From the NCBI GenBank assembly GCA_040218735.1, contig JAVJQW010000046.1, positions 192,001 through 256,000 of the forward strand: a DNA stretch of 64,000 nt, in the 5' to 3' direction. Below, in pieces: positions 19,213 to 27,833 of the stretch; the first letter of the stretch is position 1; every line of letters begins with the position of its first letter. The stretch comes from Deltaproteobacteria bacterium (GTDB taxonomy: Bacteria; Myxococcota; Kuafuiibacteriia; Kuafuiibacteriales; Kuafuiibacteriaceae). A program made the translations under genes and the position numbers. A model generated the notes under the pieces. That model ran no database searches. It was not told the DNA's origin and saw nothing but the letters and a program-made list of their open reading frames with translations.

Positions 19213-19608
19213 TCAGCGGATGTCGTCGTCGGTTTGGTCCTCGCCGTCGCTCCCCTTGGAACGCAGCTCGTAGCCGCGGCGTTCGTTCCCGCCGGGTGAT
19301 TGGTAGATGTACGGCGAGCCCCACGGGTCTTCCGGGACGGACTCGATGAGTGCGGCGCCGCGGGGCGGTGATTGGAGCGCGGCGAGACCTTCGGTGGTCG
19401 ATGGGTAGCGGTAGAACTTGAGCTTGTAGAGATCGAGCGCGCTGTCGAAGTTGTCGATCTGGATCTTCGCCGCGTTCACGCGCGCATCTTCCATGGCGTT
19501 CTTCACGGTGATGCCCACGATGGTGGCGATCATGCTGAGGATCGTCACGACGACGAGGATTTCGATGAGGGTCATGCCGCGTTGATGCGGACGTCTTCTT
19601 CGTTTCAT
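19213..19608 (-). CDS. gspG: Type II secretion major pseudopilin
   Basis: Prepilin site 'RG|MTLIEILVVV'; 'YPSTTEGL.AL', 'DPWGSPY.Y..PG', 'S.G.DG...DDI'. Confidence 0.9.
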   Translation of the reverse strand: MKRRRRPHQRGMTLIEILVVVTILSMIATIVGITVKNAMEDARVNAAKIQIDNFDSALDLYKLKFYRYPSTTEGLAALQSPPRGAALIESVPEDPWGSPYIYQSPGGNERRGYELRSKGSDGEDQTDDDIR

Positions 19609-19776
19609 GGCGGCACCCCAAGAGCAGGCGCCGTGCCACTCGACATTCAGTAGAACGCGCCCGCCTCGCAAGACACGTTGACCGACGGTGCGCCACCGCG
19701 CGCGACATTCTGGCACCGCGATCATTCGCCTCGCGGCATCGTCGCCTGGCATGTCACGTGCTCATCGCGAGCCGGC

Positions 19777-20250
19777 ATGAGAAACATCGTCCTTCTGTCG
19801 GCCGTGGGAGCGGTCGCCATCGGCTACACACGAAACGAACCCCTAGACCCGCCCGCGATACGCGCGCCCTCCGCTTGCGACACCTTCACCGCTGCCGCCC
19901 AGATGATGCGCCTCGGCTACGCATCGTCGCATCCGTTCCGCGACGACGCGCAGATCCAACGCGCCAAGGCGCTCCTGTGGACGTACCCGGGAGGATGCGA
20001 GGACGCGACGTTCCACCACGTCGCGACGCGCCTCATCCTCTCCGGCGAGGGTCGCGCCACGGCGCACGACGTGCTGCGTTGGGGCCGAGCGGAGCTGTCG
20101 GCGCCGTACGTCGACGCGGTGACCTTCGAGAGCTACCGAACGCTTTTCAACCTGATGTCGGGGCGAGGGCTCCTGAACCGCATCGACTGGCGGGCCGCGA
20201 CGGATCCGCCGTTGCTGCGCGAGCAGTTCTTCGAAGCGCGCGTGCGCTGA
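19777..20250 (+). CDS. Hypothetical exported protein
   Basis: ATG 19777 with hydrophobic N-terminus; fills the gap between genes. Confidence 0.55.
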   Translation: MRNIVLLSAVGAVAIGYTRNEPLDPPAIRAPSACDTFTAAAQMMRLGYASSHPFRDDAQIQRAKALLWTYPGGCEDATFHHVATRLILSGEGRATAHDVLRWGRAELSAPYVDAVTFESYRTLFNLMSGRGLLNRIDWRAATDPPLLREQFFEARVR

Positions 20251-20293
20251 AGGGGCTGGCGCCCGCGCCACGGCTTCGCGACACTCGCGGCCC

Positions 20294-21277
20294 ATGGCCG
20301 TCGAAGTGATCGTGCACGAATCTGCAGCGCTGAAGGGCAACCCGCTCGGCGACGAAGCCGTGCGCAAGCTCCACCTCATCGTCCCCGACGACCTCGACCC
20401 CGCCACCCCCGTGCCCTGCGTGTGGTACCTCGCGGGCTACGCGGGGGTGGGGCGGTCGATGTTGTCGCACGACCCGTGGCAGGAGGGCCTCGAAGAGCGC
20501 CTCGTTCGTCTGCGAGAAGAGGGCCGCATCGGTCCGATGATCGTCGCGCTGCCCGACGCGTTCACGAAGCTCGGCGGGTGCCAGTACCTGTCCTCGCCCG
20601 CGGTCGGCGACTACGAGACCTACCTCCTCGAGGAGCTCCCCGTCGTCGTCGCGGACCGCTACACGATTCGCTCGCACGGCATCGCCGGGAAGTCGTCCGG
20701 CGGGTACGGCGCGATCGTGCACGCGATGCGTCGACCGGATCTCTTCGACGCCGTCGCGTGTCACTCGGGGGACATGGGCTTCGAGCTGTCGCTGATGCCG
20801 GACCTCCCGCAGCTGATGAACGCGGTGCGGGATCACGGCGGGGTGGAGAAGCTCGTCGCGTCGTTCGATCGCGCGATCAAGAAGAAGTCGGGGCGATGGT
20901 TCGGACCGCTGTCGATGCTCGCGCTGTGCGCGGTGTACAGCCCGGACGCGGCGTCGCCGCTCGGCATCGGGCTCCCGTTCGATCTCGACCGCGGGACGCT
21001 CATCCCCGAGCGCCTCGACCAGTGGCGCGCGTGGGACCCCGTGCACATGATCGACGACGCCAATCACCTCGAGGCGTTGAAGGCGATGAAGCTCGTGTTC
21101 ATCGACTGCGGCAAACGCGACGAACACGCGCTGCACTGGGGGGCGCTCGCCTTCCACCGCAAGCTGGAGGACGCCGGGGTCGAGCACGTGTACGAGACCT
21201 TCGACGACGGCCACCGCGGGACGGGGTACCGCCTGGACGAATCACTCCCTCGGCTCTACGCCGCGCTCTGCGAATGA
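20294..21277 (+). CDS. Esterase (Fes/enterochelin-esterase-like alpha/beta hydrolase)
   Basis: 'GNPLGD', GKSSGG nucleophile elbow, 'DCG..DE', 'FDDGH'. Confidence 0.88.
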   Translation: MAVEVIVHESAALKGNPLGDEAVRKLHLIVPDDLDPATPVPCVWYLAGYAGVGRSMLSHDPWQEGLEERLVRLREEGRIGPMIVALPDAFTKLGGCQYLSSPAVGDYETYLLEELPVVVADRYTIRSHGIAGKSSGGYGAIVHAMRRPDLFDAVACHSGDMGFELSLMPDLPQLMNAVRDHGGVEKLVASFDRAIKKKSGRWFGPLSMLALCAVYSPDAASPLGIGLPFDLDRGTLIPERLDQWRAWDPVHMIDDANHLEALKAMKLVFIDCGKRDEHALHWGALAFHRKLEDAGVEHVYETFDDGHRGTGYRLDESLPRLYAALCE

Positions 21278-21303
21278 ACGCGGCGGCGTGGTAGCTTCGC
21301 GCC

Positions 21304-23967
21304 GTGGACGACGCGCCGCCGACCGTCGAGAGTCCGCCTCCGGCGCCGCCGGAGCCGCAGGCCGGTTTGTTGATCGGTAAACGCTGGCGGCTCGAGAGCA
21401 AGATCATCGACGGCGGCATGGGCTCGGTGTGGCGCGCGGTCGACGAGCGCCTCGACGAGCTCGCGTGCGTCAAGCTCATCAAGCCGCACCTGCTGCAAAG
21501 CCAGCTCGCGCAGGATCGCTTCACGCGCGAGGCCCGCGCGGCGTCGCGGCTGCGCGGACCGAACGTGGTGTCGATCCTCGACTTCGCGATCGATGAAGAT
21601 CTCCGCATCCCGTACATCGCGATGGAGCTGCTGCGCGGGGAGCCGCTCGGCGCGCGCCTGCAGCGTGGACCGCTCGGGCACCTCGCGACCGGGACACTGC
21701 TGAGCGACGTCTGCTCCGTCGTCAGCCGCGCGCACGAGCTGGGGATGGTCCACCGCGACCTCAAACCCGCGAACATCTTCCTCACGCCCCACGAGGACGG
21801 GTTCATCAGCACGGTGCTCGACTTCGGGATCGTGAAGGCGATCGGACCGGAGATCATCACGCTCACCGACACCAACGCGGCGGTGGGGACGCCGAACTAT
21901 ATGAGCCCGGAGCAGTTCGAAGACGCGCGCAACGTCGATCACCGCGCCGACCTGTGGGCGCTGACGATCATCGCGTACGAGTGCATGACGGGCTGCGCGG
22001 CCTACGTCGGAGACTCACCGCTGCAGCTCGCGGTGCAGATCCGAGAGAAGTCTCCCACGGCGCCGTCCGCGTACGCGAAGGTGCCGAAGGGGTTCGACGA
22101 GTGGATCCTGCGCGGGACGGCGCGGAGCATCGACGAGCGTTTTCAGTCCGCGGAGGAGCTGCTCGACAGCTTCCGCGCGCTCGGCGCTTCCGCGGTTGCG
22201 TCGCCCCCTGCCCCCAAACCGAAGGAGGCGCCCCGCACGCACTCGTGGGCGTCGGACGCCAATCAGATCGACATCGACCGCCTCGAAGAGGTGACCTTCG
22301 AGAGCACGCTGGTGCGTGAGTTCCTCGACGATCCGAACCGCTACTTCGTCTCTGGCGCGAAGGGCTGCGGCAAGACACTGCTCCTCACGCACAAACGGGC
22401 GCGGCTCCACGCGCGGTACAAGTCCGAAGGCCACGCGAAGGTGCAGTTCATCCCGGAGGGGCGACCGTACCTCGACCTGATGAGTGACCTCGGGACGCTC
22501 AGCAAGGCGAGCATCGAGCTGATGTCGAGGGTGGCGCAGACGAAGCGCCTGTGGTCGTTCGCGCTGAAGCTCTCCGCGATCTCCCACGCCGCGGACGCGA
22601 CGATCGATTCGGACGCGATCGCAAGCTGGCCTGCGCGCCTCCGCGACGTCGCCGAAGGGCGCGCGACGGAGCCGACGGTGATCGTTCGCGAGCTGCTGTC
22701 GCTCACGCCGGCGCAGCTCCACGCGACGCTCGCGCAGGCGGAGATGCCGCTCGAACACGCGGTGCGGGGCATCCACAGCGGGATGTACTTCTTCATCGAC
22801 AAGATCGATCAGGCGATGCGCGGCGTGACACGCGACGCGTGGATCGCGATGCAGGCCGGGATGGTCGAAGCCGCCTGGGACCTCGTGAACACCAACGCGC
22901 ACCTGAAGGTGTACGCGACGATCCGCGAGGAGGCGTTCTCGAGCTACGAGTCGGACATCAAGAGCAACCTGTACGGCGCCACCACGAACATCCGGTACGG
23001 CAAGCAGGACCTGCGCGCGATACTGGAGCACCTCACGGCGTTCTACGAAGGCATCCCGCTGAGGGACTTCGTCTCGGTGGACGTCGTGCACGCGCCGAGC
23101 GCCGCCCAGACCGAGGGCGCCTTCGACTTCATGCACCGGCACTCCCTCGGGCGCCCGCGCGATCTGGTGATCGTCGCGTCGGAGATCTCACGCAACCGCG
23201 GGCAGCTCGACGAGCGGCGCTTCAAGCGCGTCGTGCACGAGACGAGCGCGGGCATCATCGTTTCGAACGTGTTCGACGAGATGCGTGTGTTCCTGGAGGT
23301 CCTCGCCGACCGCGACACGCGCCGGAAGTTCTTCTCACGTCTGCCCTACAACGTGCTGACCGAGGACGATCTGATCGACGCTTGGTGCAAGTACCACGGC
23401 GTCGGGCGGGAGTATTACGACGACTACGGGAAGAGCTCCGACGACGTCTTCCACCCGTTTCGCGAGCTGTTCGACTGCGGCCTGCTCGGGTGCGTCGAGC
23501 GTGACGAGGTCGAGGGCACGCGGGTGATGGCGTTCAAGCAGCCGCACGAACCGATCGATGAGCGTCGCCGCGACATCCCCTCGTCCACGCACTACCTCCT
23601 GCACCCGACGTTCGCCGCGCTCGTGCGCCGGCTGGGGCTCGGCGACGAGTTCCGCACGATGCGGGAGATCGTCGTCGGCCACGAGCTCCCTTGGCGACCG
23701 CACTACACGATCGTCCACCGCGTGCAGCGCGAGATGTACCGGGTGAAGCGCGCGATGTCCGTCGAGGTCGAAGAGGCGGTGCTCGAGCTCCTCGCGGACT
23801 TCGGTCGCGAGGTCACGGGGGGGCGTACGTTGATCGAGGCGCAGGTCGCCCTCGGCAAGAGCGCTCCGTTCGCGCGGCTGTGCCACGAGCTCGAGCGGCT
23901 CCGGCTCGACGAGGTGCACCTCGCGTTGCTGGAGGCGTTCGGGCCCGCGGCACGAAAACACACGTGA
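21304..23967 (+). CDS. Ser/Thr protein kinase fused to a P-loop NTPase (Sll1717/FunZ-like)
   Basis: Kinase 'GGMGSVW', 'HRDLKPAN', 'DFG', 'YMSPEQ'; then Walker A GAKGCGKT, Walker B 'YFFIDKID', 'RPRDL'; no TM. Confidence 0.85.
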   Translation: MDDAPPTVESPPPAPPEPQAGLLIGKRWRLESKIIDGGMGSVWRAVDERLDELACVKLIKPHLLQSQLAQDRFTREARAASRLRGPNVVSILDFAIDEDLRIPYIAMELLRGEPLGARLQRGPLGHLATGTLLSDVCSVVSRAHELGMVHRDLKPANIFLTPHEDGFISTVLDFGIVKAIGPEIITLTDTNAAVGTPNYMSPEQFEDARNVDHRADLWALTIIAYECMTGCAAYVGDSPLQLAVQIREKSPTAPSAYAKVPKGFDEWILRGTARSIDERFQSAEELLDSFRALGASAVASPPAPKPKEAPRTHSWASDANQIDIDRLEEVTFESTLVREFLDDPNRYFVSGAKGCGKTLLLTHKRARLHARYKSEGHAKVQFIPEGRPYLDLMSDLGTLSKASIELMSRVAQTKRLWSFALKLSAISHAADATIDSDAIASWPARLRDVAEGRATEPTVIVRELLSLTPAQLHATLAQAEMPLEHAVRGIHSGMYFFIDKIDQAMRGVTRDAWIAMQAGMVEAAWDLVNTNAHLKVYATIREEAFSSYESDIKSNLYGATTNIRYGKQDLRAILEHLTAFYEGIPLRDFVSVDVVHAPSAAQTEGAFDFMHRHSLGRPRDLVIVASEISRNRGQLDERRFKRVVHETSAGIIVSNVFDEMRVFLEVLADRDTRRKFFSRLPYNVLTEDDLIDAWCKYHGVGREYYDDYGKSSDDVFHPFRELFDCGLLGCVERDEVEGTRVMAFKQPHEPIDERRRDIPSSTHYLLHPTFAALVRRLGLGDEFRTMREIVVGHELPWRPHYTIVHRVQREMYRVKRAMSVEVEEAVLELLADFGREVTGGRTLIEAQVALGKSAPFARLCHELERLRLDEVHLALLEAFGPAARKHT

Positions 23968-23971
23968 CGCG

Positions 23972-24022
23972 GTCTACTCAGTAGACGCTTGGGTCTGACG
24001 AACGCACGTTTCGATCGTCAGA
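23972..24022. terminator. Two inverted repeats between convergent genes (possible terminators)
   Basis: GTCTAC-TCA-GTAGAC (23972-23986) and TCTGACGA...TCGTCAGA (23994-24022); no clear U-tract. Confidence 0.3.
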
Positions 24023-24860
24023 AAGAACGTCGGACGCGGTAGGCGCTCGCGTTGTCGAGCGTGACGTGTTCGAGCGCTTCGGTCACGCCGAGGAGCGTCT
24101 CTTGGGCGCCGATCATCAGGATGCCGTCACGCGCGAGCACCCTCGGGCAGCGCTCGACGATGCGTTTACGCGCAGAGATGTCGAAGTAGATGAGGACGTT
24201 GCGCATCAAGATCAGGTCGAACTTCTCGAGGTCCCACGGCTCGATCAGGTTGACGATCCGCGGCTCGACCCACCGCCGTAGGCTGTCACGGACCCTCAGG
24301 CCTCCGCTCTCGCGGACGAAGTAGCGACGCAGGTCGTCGGGCGGGACCCCGCGGTTCACGTCGTGGAGGGTGTAGAGCCCTTCGCGGGTGCGCTCGACCA
24401 TGGATGCGCTGATGTCGCTGGCGACGATCTTCACGTCCCAGGACATGAGGTACGGGAACACACGGTCGAGGAGCATCGCGAGGCTGTACGGCTCTTGCCC
24501 GCTCGAGCACGCGGCGCTCCAGATGCGGAGGCGCCGGACCTCCTTTCGTCGTTCGATGAGGTCGGGCAGCACTTCCTTCTCGAGTGACTTGAAGACGGCG
24601 GTGTCCCGGAAGAAGTAGCTCTCGTTCGTCGTCATCGCATCGACGATCGCCGAGATGAGGTGTCGCGAGGCGCCGCGGTCGAGGCGGTCCACGAGCTCGT
24701 CCATCGACTCGATGCCCTCCTGGTCGAGGACCGGCGCGAGGCGGTTGTCGATCAGGTAGTCCTTCGTCGGGTCGAGGACGATCGCGGACTTCTGCGCGAC
24801 GAGGCGCCGGATCACCTCGTGCGCCGAGCGCCGCGGGGTCATGGGACGACCGGGCTTCAT
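24018..24860 (-). CDS. cheR: Chemotaxis protein-glutamate O-methyltransferase
   Basis: 'TTNESYFFRD', 'IWSAACSSGQEPYS', 'RNVLIYF'; ATGA overlap with cheB. Confidence 0.95.
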   Translation of the reverse strand: MKPGRPMTPRRSAHEVIRRLVAQKSAIVLDPTKDYLIDNRLAPVLDQEGIESMDELVDRLDRGASRHLISAIVDAMTTNESYFFRDTAVFKSLEKEVLPDLIERRKEVRRLRIWSAACSSGQEPYSLAMLLDRVFPYLMSWDVKIVASDISASMVERTREGLYTLHDVNRGVPPDDLRRYFVRESGGLRVRDSLRRWVEPRIVNLIEPWDLEKFDLILMRNVLIYFDISARKRIVERCPRVLARDGILMIGAQETLLGVTEALEHVTLDNASAYRVRRSF

Positions 24861-25924
24861 TTCTCGGCCCCCATGGCGACGAGGCGGGGCGGTCGCGTTC
24901 GGCGGGACAGCTCGGTTGCGATCTCCAAGACCGGACGAACGCTGGTGGCGAGGCCCTGCCGCGCGACGAAGCCCGGCATGCCCCAGACGACGCTGGAGGC
25001 TTCGTCCTGAACGAGCACGGCGGCGCCCGCGCGTCGAAGCGCTCGGGCCCCCGCGAGCCCGTCGCGACCCATCCCGGTGAGCACGACGCCGAGCGACTCG
25101 GCGCCGGCGATCTGCGCGGCCGAGCGAAACAGGACGTCGACGGCGGGGCGACACGAGTTCTCGGGCGGGCCGTCGTCGAGGATGGCGCAGAATCCGGAGC
25201 CGCGACGCCCGATCTCCAGGTGCCGGTTGCCCGGTGCGATGTAGACGCAGCCGGCGCGCAGAAGCTCGCCGTCGTCGGCCTCCTTCGCGGCGAGGGCGGT
25301 GGTGTCGCGCAATCGTTCGGCGAAGATCGGCGTGAACTCCGCGGGCATGTGCACCACGACGAGGATCGGCGCCGTGAAGTCCGAGGGGAGGGCGCTGAAC
25401 AGCCGCTGCAGCGCGTCGGGGCCGCCCGTCGACGCGCCGACGACGACCAGTGATGCGGGGCCCGCGGTCTTCGGACGCGCGCGGGTGATCTCCTTAGGGA
25501 GCACGGGCGTCGGCCGCCGCGAGGCACGCGTCGTGAGCGCGCGCAGGCGCGGGATGAGGTCGTGAGCGATGATGTTCGTCGGCGACTTCGCGATGGGTTT
25601 GGCGACGAAGTCACTCGCGCCGAGCTCGAGCGCGTCGAACGTCGTCTGCATCTCTGGTCGCGTGAGCGAGCTGAACATCACGACCGGGATGCTCGAGCCG
25701 CGCAGCCTCAGCTGGCGCAGCGTCTCGAGCCCGTCCATCTCCGGCATCTGTACGTCCAGCACGATGATGTCGGGCCGGTCGATGCCGATGCGCTCGAGGG
25801 CGATGCGGCCGTTGGATGCGGTGCCGACGACCTCCATGTCGTCGTGGGCGTCGATCGAATGCACGAGCACGCGCCGGATGACGACCGAGTCGTCGACGAT
25901 CAAGACTCGAATCCGGCGCGCCAC
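24857..25924 (-). CDS. cheB: Chemotaxis methylesterase (REC plus esterase)
   Basis: REC 'IVDDS..LDVQMP'; 'GASTGGP', 'HMP', 'TGMGRDG'. Confidence 0.95.
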   Translation of the reverse strand: MARRIRVLIVDDSVVIRRVLVHSIDAHDDMEVVGTASNGRIALERIGIDRPDIIVLDVQMPEMDGLETLRQLRLRGSSIPVVMFSSLTRPEMQTTFDALELGASDFVAKPIAKSPTNIIAHDLIPRLRALTTRASRRPTPVLPKEITRARPKTAGPASLVVVGASTGGPDALQRLFSALPSDFTAPILVVVHMPAEFTPIFAERLRDTTALAAKEADDGELLRAGCVYIAPGNRHLEIGRRGSGFCAILDDGPPENSCRPAVDVLFRSAAQIAGAESLGVVLTGMGRDGLAGARALRRAGAAVLVQDEASSVVWGMPGFVARQGLATSVRPVLEIATELSRRTRPPRLVAMGAEK

Positions 25925-25949
25925 TCGGTTTACTTCCTCTCGTCGACGG

Positions 25950-27380
25950 TCAGCGGGAGGCGCGATTCACGATCTGCTGCAGCTCGCTGGAGAGCATCGT
26001 GAGGTGCGACAACGCCTTCTTGGCGCTGTCCGTCGCGCTCGACGTGCTCTGCGCGGCGCGGGCGACGGTCGTGATGTTCGAGGCGATTTCGTTCGTCCCG
26101 CGGGCCGCTTCGCCGACGCTGCGGGAGATCTCGTTGGTCGTCGCGGTCTGCTCTTCCACGGCGCTCGCGATGCTGTTCTGGATGTCGTTGATCTGGTTGA
26201 TGATGCTTTGGATCTCACCGATCGCTTCGACGGCGCTCTTCGTGTCGTTCTGAATCGCCTCGATCTTCCGGCTGATGTCTTCGGTCGCTTTGGCGGTCTC
26301 CTTGGCGAGCTCCTTCACTTCGTTCGCCACCACCGCGAACCCCTTGCCTGCGTCGCCGGCGCGCGCCGCCTCGATCGTCGCGTTGAGCGCGAGGAGGTTC
26401 GTCTGCTGGGCGATCGACGTGATGACCTTGATGACCTTGCCGATCTCCGTGCTGCTCTCGCCGAGCTTCGAGATGGTCTGGTTCGTCGTGCGGGCCATCG
26501 ACACCGCCGACGTCGCGACGCGCGCGGCGTCGGACGCGTTCTTCGCGATGTCTCGGACGCTCAGCGCCATCTCCTCCGCAGCTGTGGCTACGGTCGAGAC
26601 GTTGCGGTTCACCTGCTCCGCGGCGCTCGCCACGACGTTCGCCTGCTGGCTGGTCTCCTCCGCGCTCGAACCCATCTCGTCGCTGATGACGCTCAGCTCT
26701 TCCGAGGACCGCATCACCTGCTCCGCTGTGTTGTTCACGCGCTGCAAGTTCTGGTCGAGGTCCGACGTGAGGCGCGCGAGGCCGCGAGCGATGCGTGCGA
26801 TGACGTCGTCGCCCGACACCGGCAGCGACGCGTTCAGTCGCCCTGCGCAGGCCGCGTCGATCGCCTCGGCGATGCGAATCAGGCGATCGTCGACGACAGG
26901 TGCGGGTGCGGGCGTGGGGGTCTCGGGAGTGGCTGCGGCGGACATGGGCGGAGTTCCTTTTCGTTCCGGATCATCGGCCGGTTCGGCTTGGTCTTCAGTG
27001 GCGGCGAGGTTGTCGAGCATCGGTTCGAAACGCTCGATGATCTCGTCCGAGACGGTGCGGGCGATTCGCATCGAGTCGAGGGCGCTGCGTACGTGGTCGA
27101 GGAAGGCGTCGCGGTCTTGCTTCGCCGAGACGAGCATGGCCTTGGCCACATCCCAGCTGGCTCGATCGATCCGCTTGGGGCCGTCGAGCGCCACGCCGAG
27201 GAATCGCGCGTACGCGACCGCTCGTTCGTCTTCGCCTTCGAAGAGCTGCGCGAAGCGTTCGTCGTCGAGGAGGAGCTCCTCGAGGCGCGACGCGAGGCGC
27301 CCGACGCCCTTCTCACCACCCACGCGAGCGTAGAGCGTTCCTGGGAAGCTCTTGTTCTTTCGGGTGCGCGAGGAGGGCAT
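25950..27380 (-). CDS. Cytoplasmic methyl-accepting chemotaxis protein with N-terminal truncated-globin-like domain
   Basis: '[34 protein letters not shown]'; N-terminal 'TLYARVGG...ALDGP'; no TM. Confidence 0.9.
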   Translation of the reverse strand: MPSSRTRKNKSFPGTLYARVGGEKGVGRLASRLEELLLDDERFAQLFEGEDERAVAYARFLGVALDGPKRIDRASWDVAKAMLVSAKQDRDAFLDHVRSALDSMRIARTVSDEIIERFEPMLDNLAATEDQAEPADDPERKGTPPMSAAATPETPTPAPAPVVDDRLIRIAEAIDAACAGRLNASLPVSGDDVIARIARGLARLTSDLDQNLQRVNNTAEQVMRSSEELSVISDEMGSSAEETSQQANVVASAAEQVNRNVSTVATAAEEMALSVRDIAKNASDAARVATSAVSMARTTNQTISKLGESSTEIGKVIKVITSIAQQTNLLALNATIEAARAGDAGKGFAVVANEVKELAKETAKATEDISRKIEAIQNDTKSAVEAIGEIQSIINQINDIQNSIASAVEEQTATTNEISRSVGEAARGTNEIASNITTVARAAQSTSSATDSAKKALSHLTMLSSELQQIVNRASR

Positions 27381-27395
27381 GGGATCACGTCTTCG

Positions 27396-27833
27396 TCAGG
27401 CCGCGACGATGTCCGCGAGGACGTTCTCGGTGTCCAGGACCAGGAGGAGGCTCTTCTCCAGCTTGTACACGCCGTTGATCAGCTCACGCGTCGTGGGGTG
27501 GAGCGTTCGCGGCGTGGGCTCGAAGGTGTCTTCGCGTGCGTCGATCACGTCGCCGATCTCGTCGACGAGCAGCGAAACGGTGTCTTGCTGCATCCGGAGC
27601 ACGACGTTCATCGGCGGTCGCTCGCCCTTGCGGGGCGCCATGTCGAGTCGCATCCGGAGGTCGATCGCGGTGACGATCTGCCCACGCAGATTGATCAATC
27701 CACGCACGATCGACGGCGCGCGCGGGACCGGTGTCATCGGTTGGTAGCGCAACACTTCTTGCACACCCAGGACCGGAACGCCGAAGTGCAGGCCGTCGAC
27801 GAAGAAGGTGCAGTACTGTCGGTCGTGGTTCAT
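27396..27833 (-). CDS. cheW: Chemotaxis coupling protein
   Basis: 'VQEVL...TPVP.AP...GLINLRGQIV'. Confidence 0.95.
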   Translation of the reverse strand: MNHDRQYCTFFVDGLHFGVPVLGVQEVLRYQPMTPVPRAPSIVRGLINLRGQIVTAIDLRMRLDMAPRKGERPPMNVVLRMQQDTVSLLVDEIGDVIDAREDTFEPTPRTLHPTTRELINGVYKLEKSLLLVLDTENVLADIVAA

